From: the human T2T-CHM13v2.0 reference genome, Homo sapiens
Reading direction: 5' to 3' (one strand)
NCBI RefSeq assembly: GCF_009914755.1
Contig: NC_060927.1
DNA length: 64,000 nt
Below the pieces are notes generated by a model. The model did no database searches. It was not told where the DNA came from and worked only from the letters and a program-made list of their open reading frames with translations. Shown here piece by piece: positions 45,236 to 58,553 of this stretch. The number at the start of each line of letters is the position of its first letter. The stretch's first letter is position 1. Both the position numbers and the translations under genes were made by a program.

Positions 45236-45431
45236 GTGGACTAAGGGCAAGTGAAAGGGGGCAAGGCATACATTAAAGGAAGCAAAATAATCCAAGACAG
45301 CAGTAGATGACTTGTTACCAAGCCGTGTGACTGAGGTGACCACATTAGTTCAGACAGTAAAGGGATGAGAATAGCAGTGAAGGAAATTCTTCCTCCATAC
45401 TGTGGTGGCAGAGGAGGCCTTATGATAGCCT
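45236..45431 (+). repeat. 196-bp direct duplication, copy A
   Basis: Aligns without gaps to 49832-50027 with 7 mismatches counted by eye. Confidence 0.95.
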
Positions 45432-45609
45432 GGAATTTCAATGAGAAAACTGTAAATTGGGTAGGTAGAGTTTTTCATAGGGGGAAAGGAAAAGAAATAT
45501 AAAAACAAGGAGGCATAAAACAATAGGTACTTTAAACGAACAGGAAACAAAGCAGAAGTAAACCAAAATAGTTGAAACTCATTCTTTGTGCAGAAAAACA
45601 GTTGGATAT

Positions 45610-45971
45610 GGCCGGGCATGGTGGCTCATGCTTGTAATCACAGCACTTTGGTAGGCTGAGGCAGGCAGATCACCTAAGGTCAAGAGTTCGAGACCAGCCT
45701 GGACAATATGGTGAAACCTCGTCTCTACTAAAAATACAAAAATTAGCTGGGCGTGGTGGCATGCTTCTGTAATTCCAGCTACTCAGGAGAGTGAGGCAGG
45801 AGAATCGCTTGAACCCAGGAGGCGGAGGTTGCAGTGAGCCAAGAGCCGAGATTGTGCCACTGCACTCCAGCCTGGACAACACAGTGAGACCCTGAAATAA
45901 AAAAAGAAATAAAGAAAAGAAGGAAGGGAGGGAGGAAGGAAGGAAGGGAAAGGAAAGGAAGGAAGGAAGGA
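45610..45971 (+). mobile_element. Alu, S-type, with tail converted to a GGAA-rich repeat
   Basis: Alu dimer; degenerate TSD AAAACAGTTGGATAT / AAACCAGTTAGATAT. Confidence 0.9.
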
Positions 45972-47089
45972 AACCAGTTAGATATAAAGTTGACAAAGTA
46001 GGTTGGAGGCCTTCAAAATCAGTTTGGTGGATTTCAATATTATTCTTGGGTACAAGGGAGCCACTGAAGGACTTTGAGCAAGGGAAAGAGACATATTTAG
46101 ATTTAGATTTCCCTCACCCCATTTTTTAAAGGGAAATATATGTGTCAGGTAGGTAGATTGAATACGATTTTGGTATAATTAGAAACGGAAAGAACAGATA
46201 AGGATTTTAAAGTGAGCTTTTATAACTATGCTCAATGAGGTAAAGAAAAATATACTTGCAGTGAATGAAAGATAAGCAATCCCATCGGAATAATGGAAAC
46301 TGTAGAAAATAACCAGATGACAATTCTAGAACTGATTAATATATTATCTGAAAAATTTTTAAAAGTCACTGAATACACTTACCAGAATGGAGATGACAGA
46401 GTGAGCTCGAAGACAGATCAGGTATTATCTAATCTGAAGAATAAAGAAACAAGAATGAAAAAGATGAACAGAACTCCAGGTACAGAGTTGAAAAAAGATA
46501 TTTTTAGATAAAGAAGAATTTGTTGCTCTTAGATATGTAATGCTAAGGGAAGTTCTTCAGATTGTGGAAAATGATAATAGATGGAAACTTGTATCCTCAG
46601 GAAGAAATAAAGAGCGTGAAAACATGGTGAATCCGTGAACAAATACGAAATAACCCTTTGATTACTCCACACCTACCCAGAAAAATTCATCCTCCTGCAT
46701 CTTCCCAGTCCTGGCAAGTGGCTCAGGCCACGATCCTTTGGGTCATTCTCAACTCCCCTTATTCTTTTGTATTACTTTTCTTGTACCAATCAACCAGGAA
46801 GTCCTATCCTTTCTACTTGCAAACTATATATACACATTGAACTCCAGTGTTCACCAACCTGTTCTAAGCCACTCTCATCTCCACCAAGATCATCGCAGTA
46901 GCCTTCAAATCACCCTCCTTCTTCCCTTGACTCCCAATGGCCTGGTCTCAGCGCCGTAGCCAGAATGATTCTTTGAATACGTAACTCTGATCATTTCACT
47001 CCTCTGTCATAGCCTTCTAAGAAGCTCTCCATCTCATAGCTGGGGGTGGATACATCATCATTTTTATATTTATATTTAAAAATGTATCA

Positions 47090-47316
47090 TTAACCTAGTA
47101 TTAGATCAGTAGGGTTACTATAGTTTACAATAATGTATTGTGTATTTCAAAATAGCTGGAAGAGAAGAATTTCAATGGTTCTAGCATAAAGGAAAGACAA
47201 ATATTTAAGGTGATGGATGTCCCACGTACACTGATTTGATCTTTACAAATTAAATGAATGTATTAAATTATCACATGTACCCTGAATTGATGTACATCTA
47301 TTATGCATCAATAAAA
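47090..47316 (+). mobile_element. L1MA-type 3' end fragment
   Basis: TATTTCAAAATAGCT...GGTGATGGATG...TATCACATGTACCC...AATAAAA resembles an L1MA 3'UTR. Confidence 0.7.
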
Positions 47317-48074
47317 TATACATATATCATTTTAAAATGACACATCACTGTGATTTTTATATATATTTGAGAAGACATTAAAAGAACTGAATGATTTTAC
47401 TATAATAAGAAAGTTCCATTTTTATTATTTATGTAAACAAGATTCTCACAACATGTACCTTTAAAAATGAAAAAATAAAGGGAATAGAATTAATGCTTAA
47501 TCCTACCTGTCTCAGTCTCCCAACAAATAACATACCTCCATGAACACATGACCTAATTCAGAAAATATATCGCAGCCCTATACAAGCCATTAAAAGACAG
47601 ATTTCCAAAAAAATTTTATTTTTTATGTTAAGCAAAGTTTATCAAAATTTATAAAATCTGCATTTGATCAATTATGTCTGATTATAGTTGTCAAGATAAC
47701 ACGATCCCTAAGATATCTGATAACAATCTTATGGTCATAAAAAATAATTTAAATTTTTATTTATATTACTTTCATTGCATCAAAATTATTTGACAGGGTC
47801 ATCTGTGAGACATTTTCAAGTATACAAATATTATATATTAAAATTCTGGGTGAGAAATTGACTGGAAAAAAATAGTTCAGGGAGAAAAAGGAAGAATGTT
47901 AAATTTCCAGCTGCTAAAGAAGAGCTTGTTCATGAATTTTTAAAATGGATAATGATAGATATCAAATAGCTATGGGATTTAAATTTCATTGGATACATTT
48001 AAGATAGTGATGTAACCACTTTATTTAAAAATACTAGTATGTACAATATGCTAGACATTGCATCCTTTGCAACT

Positions 48075-48460
48075 ACAGTGGTGCATTCCTTAACAACAGG
48101 GTTACTTTCTGAGAAATGCCTCCTTAGGCAATTTCATACTTGTGGGAATATCATAGAATGCACTTACACAAACCTAGATGGTATAGCCTATTCCATACCT
48201 AGGCTATATGGTAGAGCTTATTGCTACTAAGCTACAAACCTTTATAGCATATTGCTGTACTAAATATTGTAGGCAATTATAACACAATGGTAAGTATTTG
48301 TGTATCTAAATACAGAAAAGGTAATGGTTGTACTACAACATTATGATAACTATGATGTCACTAGTTTATAAAAATTTTTCAGCACCATTATAATCTTATG
48401 GGACCACCATGATGTATGCAGTATGTCATCGACTGAAATGTCATTATGTGGCTCATGACT
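48075..48460 (+). mobile_element. Tigger3/GOLEM-type DNA transposon
   Basis: TTCTGAGAAATG...CACTTACACAAACCTAGATGGTATAGCC...CATGACT; inverse of the element at 872-2051. Confidence 0.75.
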
Positions 48461-48689
48461 ACTTAATTTATGATGAAAAATGTTGTTTGTATACCTAAAA
48501 GTGTTGAAGTTAATACTTAGCTTTCCAAATTTTTAAAAGGGAAGCAGAAGCAGAAAGTTTGCATTCTACTGATGCAATGGTTTCTAACCTGGAGAATAAA
48601 TATTAATACTTATTGAATGTTAATAATGCTAGACATTGTTCTAAGTCTCACACATATATTGTTAAATGTTTATAATAAAGATAAAAGTA

Positions 48690-49176
48690 ATGTTCTTATT
48701 ACTATTGTGCACTATAAAAAATTCCAAAACTTAATGGTGGTAATAAAGCAAACATTATATTTAGCTCACAATTTTGTGGGTTAGGAATTTGGGAAGGGTA
48801 TGAGTTGGTCATTGTAATTTGGGATGTCTTTTACAGTTGCAGTCAGATGTTGGCTGGGACCACAGTCATCTAAGGATACTGCTCAAGCTGGCTGTTGTCT
48901 GGAAACTCAGCTGGGGCTACTGATCAGAGCACCTGCATGTGGCTGTCCAGCAAGGCAATGTTAAGGTAATCAGGTTCCTTACAGAATGAACATCTCAAGA
49001 GTGGTGGGTGAAAGCTGCATGGTCTTTCTGACTTAACTGTGAATGTTACATAGCACCACTTCCACCACGTTTTACATTGAAGTAGTGTGAAGCTCATCCA
49101 GATTCAAGGGGCTGAGAAACAGGCCCCACCTCTCAATGACAGGAGTGTCAAAGAATTAGTTTTAAAACTGGCACAA
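48690..49176. mobile_element. MLT1-type MaLR LTR nested in a MIR (boundaries approximate)
   Basis: CCAAAACTTAATGG...CAGATTCAAGGGG...TTTTAAAACTGGCACA; MIR core (ATAGATGAAGAAA...GGATTTGAACCCAAGCAGTCTGACTCCAGAGC) follows. Confidence 0.6.
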
Positions 49177-49744
49177 GTAGATAATTATCTCTATTTTTAT
49201 AGATGAAGAAAATAAAGCATATGGGAGTTAAGAAATTTGTCTAGGATCACAGCACTGGTACGTGATGGAGTTAGGATTTGAACCCAAGCAGTCTGACTCC
49301 AGAGCAGAGCTCTTAAACACAACAGCACTGCAAGCCAAGGACATTGGGAAGCCCTCTGTCTCTTTGGCTGAATGAGCATAGTGCCCTTTCCACAGTTCCA
49401 TTGCAGAGCCCCCCATTGAAACATCTCCAAGAATATTAAACTGGGGTGATTATCTCCAGTCTACACTTCGGGGAGTCTAGTTGCTATGCATATAATGTTG
49501 CCAGAACTCCTCAATGACTCAAGGGATGGGAGCAAAGAGAGTAGTTGAAGAGGCTGTCGCCTGCTGGTGCTAAAAGTTCCTAAGACCCCACAGCATCAGA
49601 TGGGACTGACCCTGCTAGTTGGTATCAGTTGCCTCCTTTGATACATGCTTCAGGCTGCACATTACTTGGTGGTTACAGTTCTAACCCTAGACTATCCTGG
49701 ACAGTAATATCAAACAGGTTTCACCCAAATGTGCAAGAGCCCAC

Positions 49745-49824
49745 ATGGCTGTTAATTGGTTAATATTGATATTGGTTAATTAACAGCCATAGGGATCCTC
49801 AAAGACCTTTGGCAGGTCTTTGAG
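49745..49824. repeat. Two adjacent inverted repeats (hairpins)
   Basis: ATGGCTGTTAATT...AATTAACAGCCAT (49745-49790, 13-bp perfect arms) and CTCAAAGACCT-ttggc-AGGTCTTTGAG (49798-49824, 11-bp perfect arms). Confidence 0.92.
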
Positions 49825-49831
49825 AGTGACA

Positions 49832-50027
49832 GTGGACTAAGGGCAAGTGAAAGGGGGCAAGGCGTACATTAAAGGAAGCAAGATAATCCAAGACAGCAGT
49901 AGATGACTTGTTACCAAGCCATGTGACCGAGGTGACCACATTAGTTCAGATAGTAAAGGGATGAGAATAGCAGTGAAGGAAATTCTTCCTCCATACCGTG
50001 GTGGCAGAGGAGGCCTTATGACAGCCT
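49832..50027 (+). repeat. 196-bp direct duplication, copy B
   Basis: Aligns without gaps to 45236-45431. Confidence 0.95.
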
Positions 50028-50999
50028 ATTGACAGACTTTCCAAAAGAGCTAACTGCACTTTCCTATCTCTTTAAGAAGGCATGCTTCTTTCCTCCTTCC
50101 TCTCCTGCTCTTCTCAGGGACTCTAAGGACTTGCTATAACTCTACAATTTTTAACTTACGGTTTTGTCATGGAAAGAAAAATACATGCACCTTCCCAAGT
50201 TCTTTACATGCAGCAGGCACTGAGATAGTTGATCCAGAAGAGACTTAAGTTGATTGAGGGGGAGGGTGCCTGGTGCTTAACGGGTCACTAAACAACTCTG
50301 TGATAGACCCCTAGGTGGACACTGACATCATTATCTCCTAAACTAAAACAGAGTGAGATCCATGGGTGTGTGTGGGTCAACCCCATGCATCTTAACCATA
50401 GGGCCATCAGCTTGGCTTTCTTTGTTTCTCCCAAACTAGTTTTCATGTACACTGGGCACACACATACACATCCATGCACATACAGGCTCCCACCATTCCC
50501 TCCCACTCTTCTGTTTTTTCACACCAGTTTTGGCCTTCACCTTCCCAATTATCAGATGATTCTCATGGCTTCTATTTGTCAGAAGTGCTGGGAGGGGCAG
50601 TTACTGAATCGGTTATGAGGGATTACCATTCTCACATTAGGAATGAAAGAGTGCCTGACATACGTTATGTGGTTCACTGACATTCAAAGAAATATAAAAT
50701 AAATTTAAAATGTTCAGGTTTGCACAAGAGAAATAATCTTTCCCTTGCATTGATACTGTTGAACTTATTTGAGGAAATTCACATTAAAACTTTTAAAACT
50801 CCAAAGGGACTCTAATCAGGAATGGCTAATGAGCCTCCAGAAATCTTTTATAACTCTAACATGATTATCGAATGTAATTTACCAAACCTATATGACCAAA
50901 AGTTCAGAGTTGTCACTATTAAATAAAGCAAAAGTCCTAACTTTGCGGAAGAAACAGCCACTGCCAAACTTCAGTATTACAAAGTTGTTGGGAGTTGTT

Positions 51000-51237
51000 T
51001 TTAAAATTTCCGTGTTCGAAGATACCACAGGTATTGGCCAGCTTACCTCTTCACTAGGAAAGGTTAGAGATACATTTTCATCCCAAGCCACAGACTGGGC
51101 TCAATTACAGCTTTGTGGCAGGATAAGGTTAAGAGAGGTGGAGTGGGCAGGGACGAGGGAGGGAGGCAGAAGCAGAAAAATCAATTCAGATTACTTTGAT
51201 GACAGTGACTTCCAGTCTTCTCTGAAAGATCTCCACG
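51000..51237 (+). promoter_or_regulatory. KCNAB1: Probable proximal promoter / 5'UTR of the KCNAB1 Kv-beta-1.3 isoform (TSS not determinable from sequence)
   Basis: Non-repetitive purine-rich tract with a GATAA motif immediately upstream of the ATG; no obvious TATA box or CpG island. Confidence 0.5.
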
Positions 51238-51512
51238 ATGCTGGCAGCCCGGACAGGGGCAGCGGGGAGTCAGATCTCAGAGGAGAACACCAAGTTAAGG
51301 AGACAGTCTGGGTTTTCTGTAGCAGGGAAAGACAAATCTCCCAAGAAAGCCTCAGAAAACGCTAAAGACAGCAGCCTTAGTCCCTCAGGGGAAAGCCAGA
51401 TCAGGGCGCGTCAACTGGCTCTGCTGCGCGAAGTGGAGATGAACTGGTACCTAAAGCTCTGCGACCTGTCCAGCGAGCACACCACCGTCTGCACCACAGG
51501 CATGCCGCACAG
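51238..51512 (+). CDS. KCNAB1: First coding exon of voltage-gated K+ channel subunit beta-1, Kv-beta-1.3 isoform (N-terminal inactivation domain); downstream exons are outside the window
   Basis: MLAARTGAAGSQISEENTKLRRQSGFSVAGKDK...REVEMNWYLKLCDLSSEHTTVCTTGMPHR is the Kv-beta-1.3 N-terminus; Kozak ACGATG; strong donor CAG|GTAAGC at 51512/51513 (phase 2). Confidence 0.96.
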
Positions 51513-54500
51513 GTAAGCTGCCCCTGCTCTGCGCGGGCTTTGGGAGACGCCGTTCGAAGGTGCTCTGGAGAATGCTTTGATTTCTTTTCCTCTGCAGCTG
51601 GAAGTCTTAACGGCTCTAATTGCCTTAGAGATGATTGGCACTTCAGAATGTGTAACCACAAAGAGCAGGATCTTGGTGCAAATGGCAAATAATGTTCCCT
51701 GCATTGTTATTCAGAAAAGACCTCTTACAAGGAGGCGGTAGATGCTTAGGAGCTGACAGGACAAAAGAGCATTATGATTTTTCTTAAGTAAAAATCAGAG
51801 GAGTTAAGAGATGGTAGGAAAGTGCTCCCTTCCAAAATAACTACAAAAAAGAGTTTGCAATCTTTCAGCATTTCCTTTGCTCTGAGAACTTGGGGATGAG
51901 GGAAGAACATTTGTTTTGCCTGGTTGAAAAGTGGAGTTGAGTAGTGTGAACTTGTTGAATGAGGGGTCAGGCTGGCCATAGGGATGCAGAATGGGACATA
52001 TTGACCACCAATATAGGGATCTGAGCCCCGTGTCTAAGACAGATAACATCAGGAGAAAAAGGTAACTTTTAAAAAAGAGATAAATGTAAGGCAAATCTCT
52101 ATGGGTTTTCTTTCTGTTCTTTACTCAGCCTCAGCTTCAAATAAAGCAGAGGAAGGATAATTTCACAAATCCCAGTGTTCCAAGGCAAAACGTACTGAGT
52201 AAAAAGTGTCTGGAGTCCTGAAATTTAAGGATGCTTATTTTCTATAATTTGTGCAAAAAATCTCTTAGGAATTAAAGATAATTTTGGAAGAAAAAATACT
52301 GTGAAAATAATACCTAGAATAGCTATGTTATTAAATGGTAATAAAAATTCCTTTGAGATGAAAAATGGTTCCAATTACGTAGTCAAAGTATGGAAAACTC
52401 CTTTTGCAGAGACTGTATGGTAGCACTGAAATTCTGCAATGCAGCCTGTATCAAAGCATCCAGTGCACTCTGAGCTGCCTTTCTGTCTATATTTCTATTT
52501 CCAAAAGACACTACAGAAAAACTTATTTAGTAATTGAATTAACTTGTGCATATAGACTAAAAACTTGTACCGTACACTTTAAAACTCCTCAACTAACTTT
52601 CATTTTCTCTTTTTCAAGGCAGCAATAAATAGATATTTTAAAACCTAAACTATTATTCAAAAATCAACATTTAAAAATTAGCACAAAATAAAGCTTCTGG
52701 AAATGTTCTATGAAATACCTTTGGTATTCATGGCCAGAGTGGTTTGTCTGAAGCTCTTGTATATGCTGTTGGGCCCACATTTGGGGTACATGGGAGGAAG
52801 ACCAAAGGAAAATAGTCTCGTTTAAAGAAAGTTTGAATGAGCTTGTTAGTGTTACATATCTCATATTTCAAACTATTACATATCTCACATCTACAAATCT
52901 TAAAGCTATTATTAAAGATCCTCTAGGAAAAAGAGTTAAGTGGCAAAGGAAAGCATTGAAAATGGTTTTCTTCCGTAACATTTTCCTTGACTTGCGATAT
53001 ACCAGAAATTTCCTTTAAAGAGTCTAATACAAGACCACAGAATTCTTCATTATCTGACATTGGAACAACATTGAACAAGTCAGAGTGGCATATTAGTTAA
53101 GGTAACCAGGTTTAGCAAGAAACTTTTGGGGAAAAGCAAATATCTGCTCTTTTCTGCTTCACTTAAACAATAATATTTTGTTCTGTAATCAGAAAAGACT
53201 AGATTAGACATGATCCAGAATTAATGTCTCCTGTGATAATCTGTGGGGTAGTGTTATTAATCACTGATTGACAATAGCATGGTGTTTCCCTTGTTTAGTA
53301 AAAGGGTTGAAAAAGAGTGAAGATATGTCCACCTTACATGATCAAAAATTAAAAATTTCCCATCCTCCTTTATTATTGCAGCATGATTATTTCCAGGAAG
53401 AAACGAGTATGTGTAGTTGGAACTAACTCTATTTATAAATTAAATACATTTATTACAGAGTTCAATGTTTGCAATAGCTCAGGAAACTAAGGCAGTTTTT
53501 CTCATCGCCAGCAACTTTTTTACCTCTCAAATGTTGGAACTACATTCCTCTGTCGAGTCCTTGAGATTCCTGGACAGTGACAATGTCTGATGGTGCAATC
53601 TCTTCCAATTTTAATGTTAGCGATAGAATGTACGATCCCCCAAGTCACCCAAATTTTTCTTTCATTTGTAAATGTCAGCCGTTGAGAAGTCCCAGAAAAT
53701 TTTCTTGGACTTCCAATTGTTCTTTCTTCCAATAACATGGCCCATGAGTGATATCTCCATTAGAAACTTGTATGTAGAAGATAAATATGATTAACTTATA
53801 AAATATTAACAAATTTATCCACCTGTGAAGCATTACTTACAAGACAGAATATGAAATGTATTGAAGAGTCCTTGAAGACATTACACATTTGCTATTGGAA
53901 ATAATTCTGTGGGTCTTTGGTTAATGTTCATCAGTAAGGAATTGCTAGCGAACTCAAACTTGTTTCCTTTCTTGGAAGATGGAATTAAAATATTTTACAT
54001 CAGGTTAATTCTAGTTCCTGAGGAATTTGAGGATTGCTTTATGTCCATATTCTATGGTAATTTATATTTGAAACAAAGGGTATTATTAAATGATTGGAAG
54101 AAAGCATTAGAGTTGGGGGAGATTCAGCAGTCCTGGTATATTTAAGAAGTAAAATTGCAGGCAGCAGGATAGGGAATGCACATTAGGTTTGTGGTAAGTA
54201 GTTCTGACTCCTGCTGTATTTACATATGACTATATAATGAAACAATCTAATATACTTTGCTTAATACAGATTTATTGTTCATCTAGAGTTGACTGATAAC
54301 TCTGTGATACTGATTTTTTTAGAATGACAGCTCAGGGCCCTGCACCTTGAGGGAGGATGGGGCAGGGGCCAGAGTTCTGGAGTTGAAGGCAAAGGATTGG
54401 CTTTTCTTCTTACTGCCTGTAACTGTGGGCATGTTTTTTAAAAAAAGTATTGTTTTTGAATAAAATTTTTTTTCTGTTTACAAAAGTAACATCTGAACTT

Positions 54501-54797
54501 TGTAGAAAAGTTTGAAAACAGGAAAATATAAAGCAGAAAAGGCTACTGTTGTTAATATTTTGACATGCTTTCCCCAGCATTTTGAATTTGGGTCATGGGT
54601 AAAAGTCAGAATATGATCATATCATTCCTTTTTTCACTTAATATTACACCAATCTATTTTATTATCTTAAAAACTATTTAAAATTTTGTAAGGACTATAT
54701 CTTATGACCATAATATTGCTTAGCCATTCTTCTTTTATATACTATTTATCATTATTAGATATAATATTACAATAAACATCTTTGTATCAGATTTTAA

Positions 54798-55154
<357 letters not shown>

Positions 55155-55482
55155 TAGAAGTGCAATTAATGGATGAATGTATTATATATGTGTATATTTA
55201 CACATATACACATATACAGAGATATGCAAATATATATTTATTTATTCTTAATGAATATTATCCAGTTGCTTTCTGGAAACATTTTTCTCATTATACCTTC
55301 TCACTGGCAATATTCAAGAATGCCTATCTTATTGCTTTCTCTGTACTACACAATGTTTATATGGAATCTTTAACATTGAGTTTTATAGTTCAACAAAATG
55401 TTGGGTTATTTAATGAACTTTTCCGGGTCTCAATTTCTTTGACTGCAAAAGGGTGCTAACACCATTATAAAGAATGGTCGTA

Positions 55483-55773
<291 letters not shown>

Positions 55774-58507
55774 GAACCATTGCAAAACTTAAATGAGATA
55801 ATGTGCAGTGATTTGAAAGAGGAACGTGCTTTGTTTTCACACTCTGTAAAATAGGGCTTGAGATATAACCCATACTGTACACGGTGTATTTAAGGCCTAC
55901 GAAGAAAATTAAGGATGGATGACTCCAAAAATCCCCAACAAAAGTATATACTTCACCTAGCATCAAGAGCTGAGCATCCCGCTGTGCTCAATTAATATTT
56001 TATAAGAGACCTTTGTGTGTCCTCACCAAAAGCTTTTTAAGGATTTATAGGATACCACCCTCCTGAGGAAAAGTGACTTGGAGATAGAATACAATGAGCT
56101 TTTACATACTATCAGTATTCACATTTCAAACGATAGTTGACTGAACCTATTAAATTGAAGTTACTAGGAACATTTAGTAGGGCAAACTGAGATGTGAGTG
56201 AAAATTTAGCTATAGCATTTTGATACTGATTTTGACCACCTTAATGAATGTTTCTTATTATCTAGGACAGTAGTTATACTGAGACTCGCTCCTAATATTT
56301 TCTCTCTCTGCTCTCAAAACTGCTTGACTTCCAAGAAAGTGTTTACTCACACTTGCTTCTAGAAGGCTGAATGTGGTTCTATGTGAGAAAAGGCAGTTAG
56401 TTTTCCAGGTGAGTTTGGTAGACTTGATTCCTGCCAACAGGCAGCAGGAGATCCAAGAGCTTAGAAGCCTTTGGTTGAGTTTATGAAAGCATCTTAATTG
56501 ATGCAAGAAGTTTATGCAAGAAGATATTCTTGTTAAGAATCAAGCTGGAGGTCAGTGAGTAAACATTCAACAGCCATTGACTGAGATTCTTGTTTGTACA
56601 AGGCCCTGTGACACAAAGATGAAACTAGAAAAGATTCTAGTTGCTTGCAGCCTAGGAGTAATTGGGTATGGACTTGGAAGATGTGCAGGATTTGAGCAGG
56701 AGGAGATGGGGAGGGGAAGGCAATCCATGTGTAGGGAAGAGTGAGCAGAGGTGCAGATGAAAGGGGCAGGAAATGAAGATGGAGAGCTGCTTCTGTTCAT
56801 GAGGCTACTAACAGCATCCTTCAAAGTTTCTTGCAGGCTGGATCTAGGAGTGTGGCCAGGAGAACAAGAGGAGAGGAGGCCATTTGACTACTTTGGAGAC
56901 TGGGGAGTTGGGCAGAGAGCAGGCGTGGAGGAGAGGCAGTGTGTGCAGGCCACTCTCAAGAAGAGGCAGTGCAGAGGAGAGAGTATGATAGTTGAAGTCT
57001 GTAGTAGAGTCTGGGGGGAAATTTGTAGGAGAAAGCTGATCTGTGGATGTTTTTAGGCAAAGGGGAGGAGTCCAGGGGAGAGAGAATGTGTGTAATACAA
57101 ATAATAGAGCAAAATCGTCCCCATATCCCCAAGGAGGGGGAGCCTCTTGGGTATCAAATGCAGGTATTAGCTTTGGCAAAGTGAAGTGAAGCTGGGCCTG
57201 GTGATGAAAAAGCTCTGGAGTCTGGTGGCCTGCAGGCTGCATCTCAGCAGTACCACTTACTAGCCTGGAGGCTCTGGGTAAGCCCCTTGCCTGAGAGAAG
57301 CAGTTGGTTTTGGTTGAGGCCACAGATCCTGGAGCTAGGCTGCTGGGTTCAAGCCCTGGCTCTACCAATTATCAGCTATGTGATTTAGTCTTCTCAGCTA
57401 TAAAAAGTGGGTAATGATGGCAGTAATACCTTAGGGTTGTTACGGGAGCTCAAGTGACTTAAGTAAGTATAGCTCACAGAACAGCAGTGGGCACATATAG
57501 TAGTAAATATGATATTATACAAAGGTCTTAGCATCATTCCTGACGCATGATCTATGCCCTTGCTATTATCATGAGACTCTTATTGGAGATGCCAAAAGTA
57601 GGGATGCCTCTCTTTTCTGGAGTGTACTCACACTGATACTGTAAATGGGCATAAAAATATCTAGCTCATAAGACTGCTATAAGGATTCCATGAAATGATG
57701 TAAATCATCTGGTGTAGATTAGACACTCAATCAATTTTGGTGCTCACCTCTGCCACTTTCCTCTTTTTCCACATTCCTGGAACATAGTGGACAGCATCAG
57801 TAAGATGGTATCAGGGATGGAGTATGGAATGGTGGAAGTGAGCTACAATGGAATAACTCTAAATTATTCAACCAATATTTTTTTTCCTAGAAAAAGCTAT
57901 TAATTCATTTTTTGTTGTTGAAGAGAAAGCTCTTCCTTTTCTAAAAGATGATATCTATTTCTTAGAGCAGGCACATTCTCCCTAAGGCTGTAATTCTTGT
58001 CATGTTTGCATGAGCAGTCACATAGAAGTATTATTTTCAGAGATATTGGAATATGAGGACATTTTTATGTAGTTTACTGTGATTTTAGTTATATGCTAGA
58101 AAGATTGCCTCCTAGCTCATTGTTCTGTTGTTTTGCATATTAGAGAAAATGTTGGACCACTGAATGATTGGGCTAGGAGTGGGAGAGTGAACCTCAACAG
58201 GACAGGATTTAGGTAGCCAGAGAAAGTTACAGCATTCTAGTAGCAGCCTCTGGGGAGGGTTAGGGTTGCCATGGCCACTAAAGATGGTGATGATGTCCTT
58301 TGACTTGGCCATGAAGCTGCCATTGTCCTGTGTAGCTGCACCACTGGGGTGGTGAGTTGGAAGTAGACATCCCTGGACAGGCACATCCACTCCATGGGAG
58401 TAGCCAAATGCACAGGGACTTGGTTCAGTCTGCACCCCTGTGACTGCTTTTTTGGTTATCTTGACAAAACTGAGCCAGTTTCTCAGTTTTAGATTCCTCT
58501 TCATTTG

Positions 58508-58509
<2 letters not shown>

Positions 58510-58552
<43 letters not shown>
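58510..58552. repeat. (TG)n microsatellite
   Basis: Directly visible. Confidence 0.97.

Positions 58553-58553
<1 letters not shown>

Noticed and set aside
45915-45972. GGAA-rich tract as an ETS-fusion-responsive microsatellite
   Set aside because: Only about 3-4 consecutive GGAA units, interrupted; it is a degenerated Alu tail.
50892-51365. 157-aa ORF overlapping the KCNAB1 exon out of frame
   Set aside because: No recognisable domain; its ATG is probably upstream of the TSS; length is compatible with chance.
53520-53760. Minus-strand 72-aa ORF ending at a donor-like GAG|GTAAAA (possible antisense exon or transposase relic)
   Set aside because: No recognisable homology, no clear acceptor; cannot be supported without transcript data.
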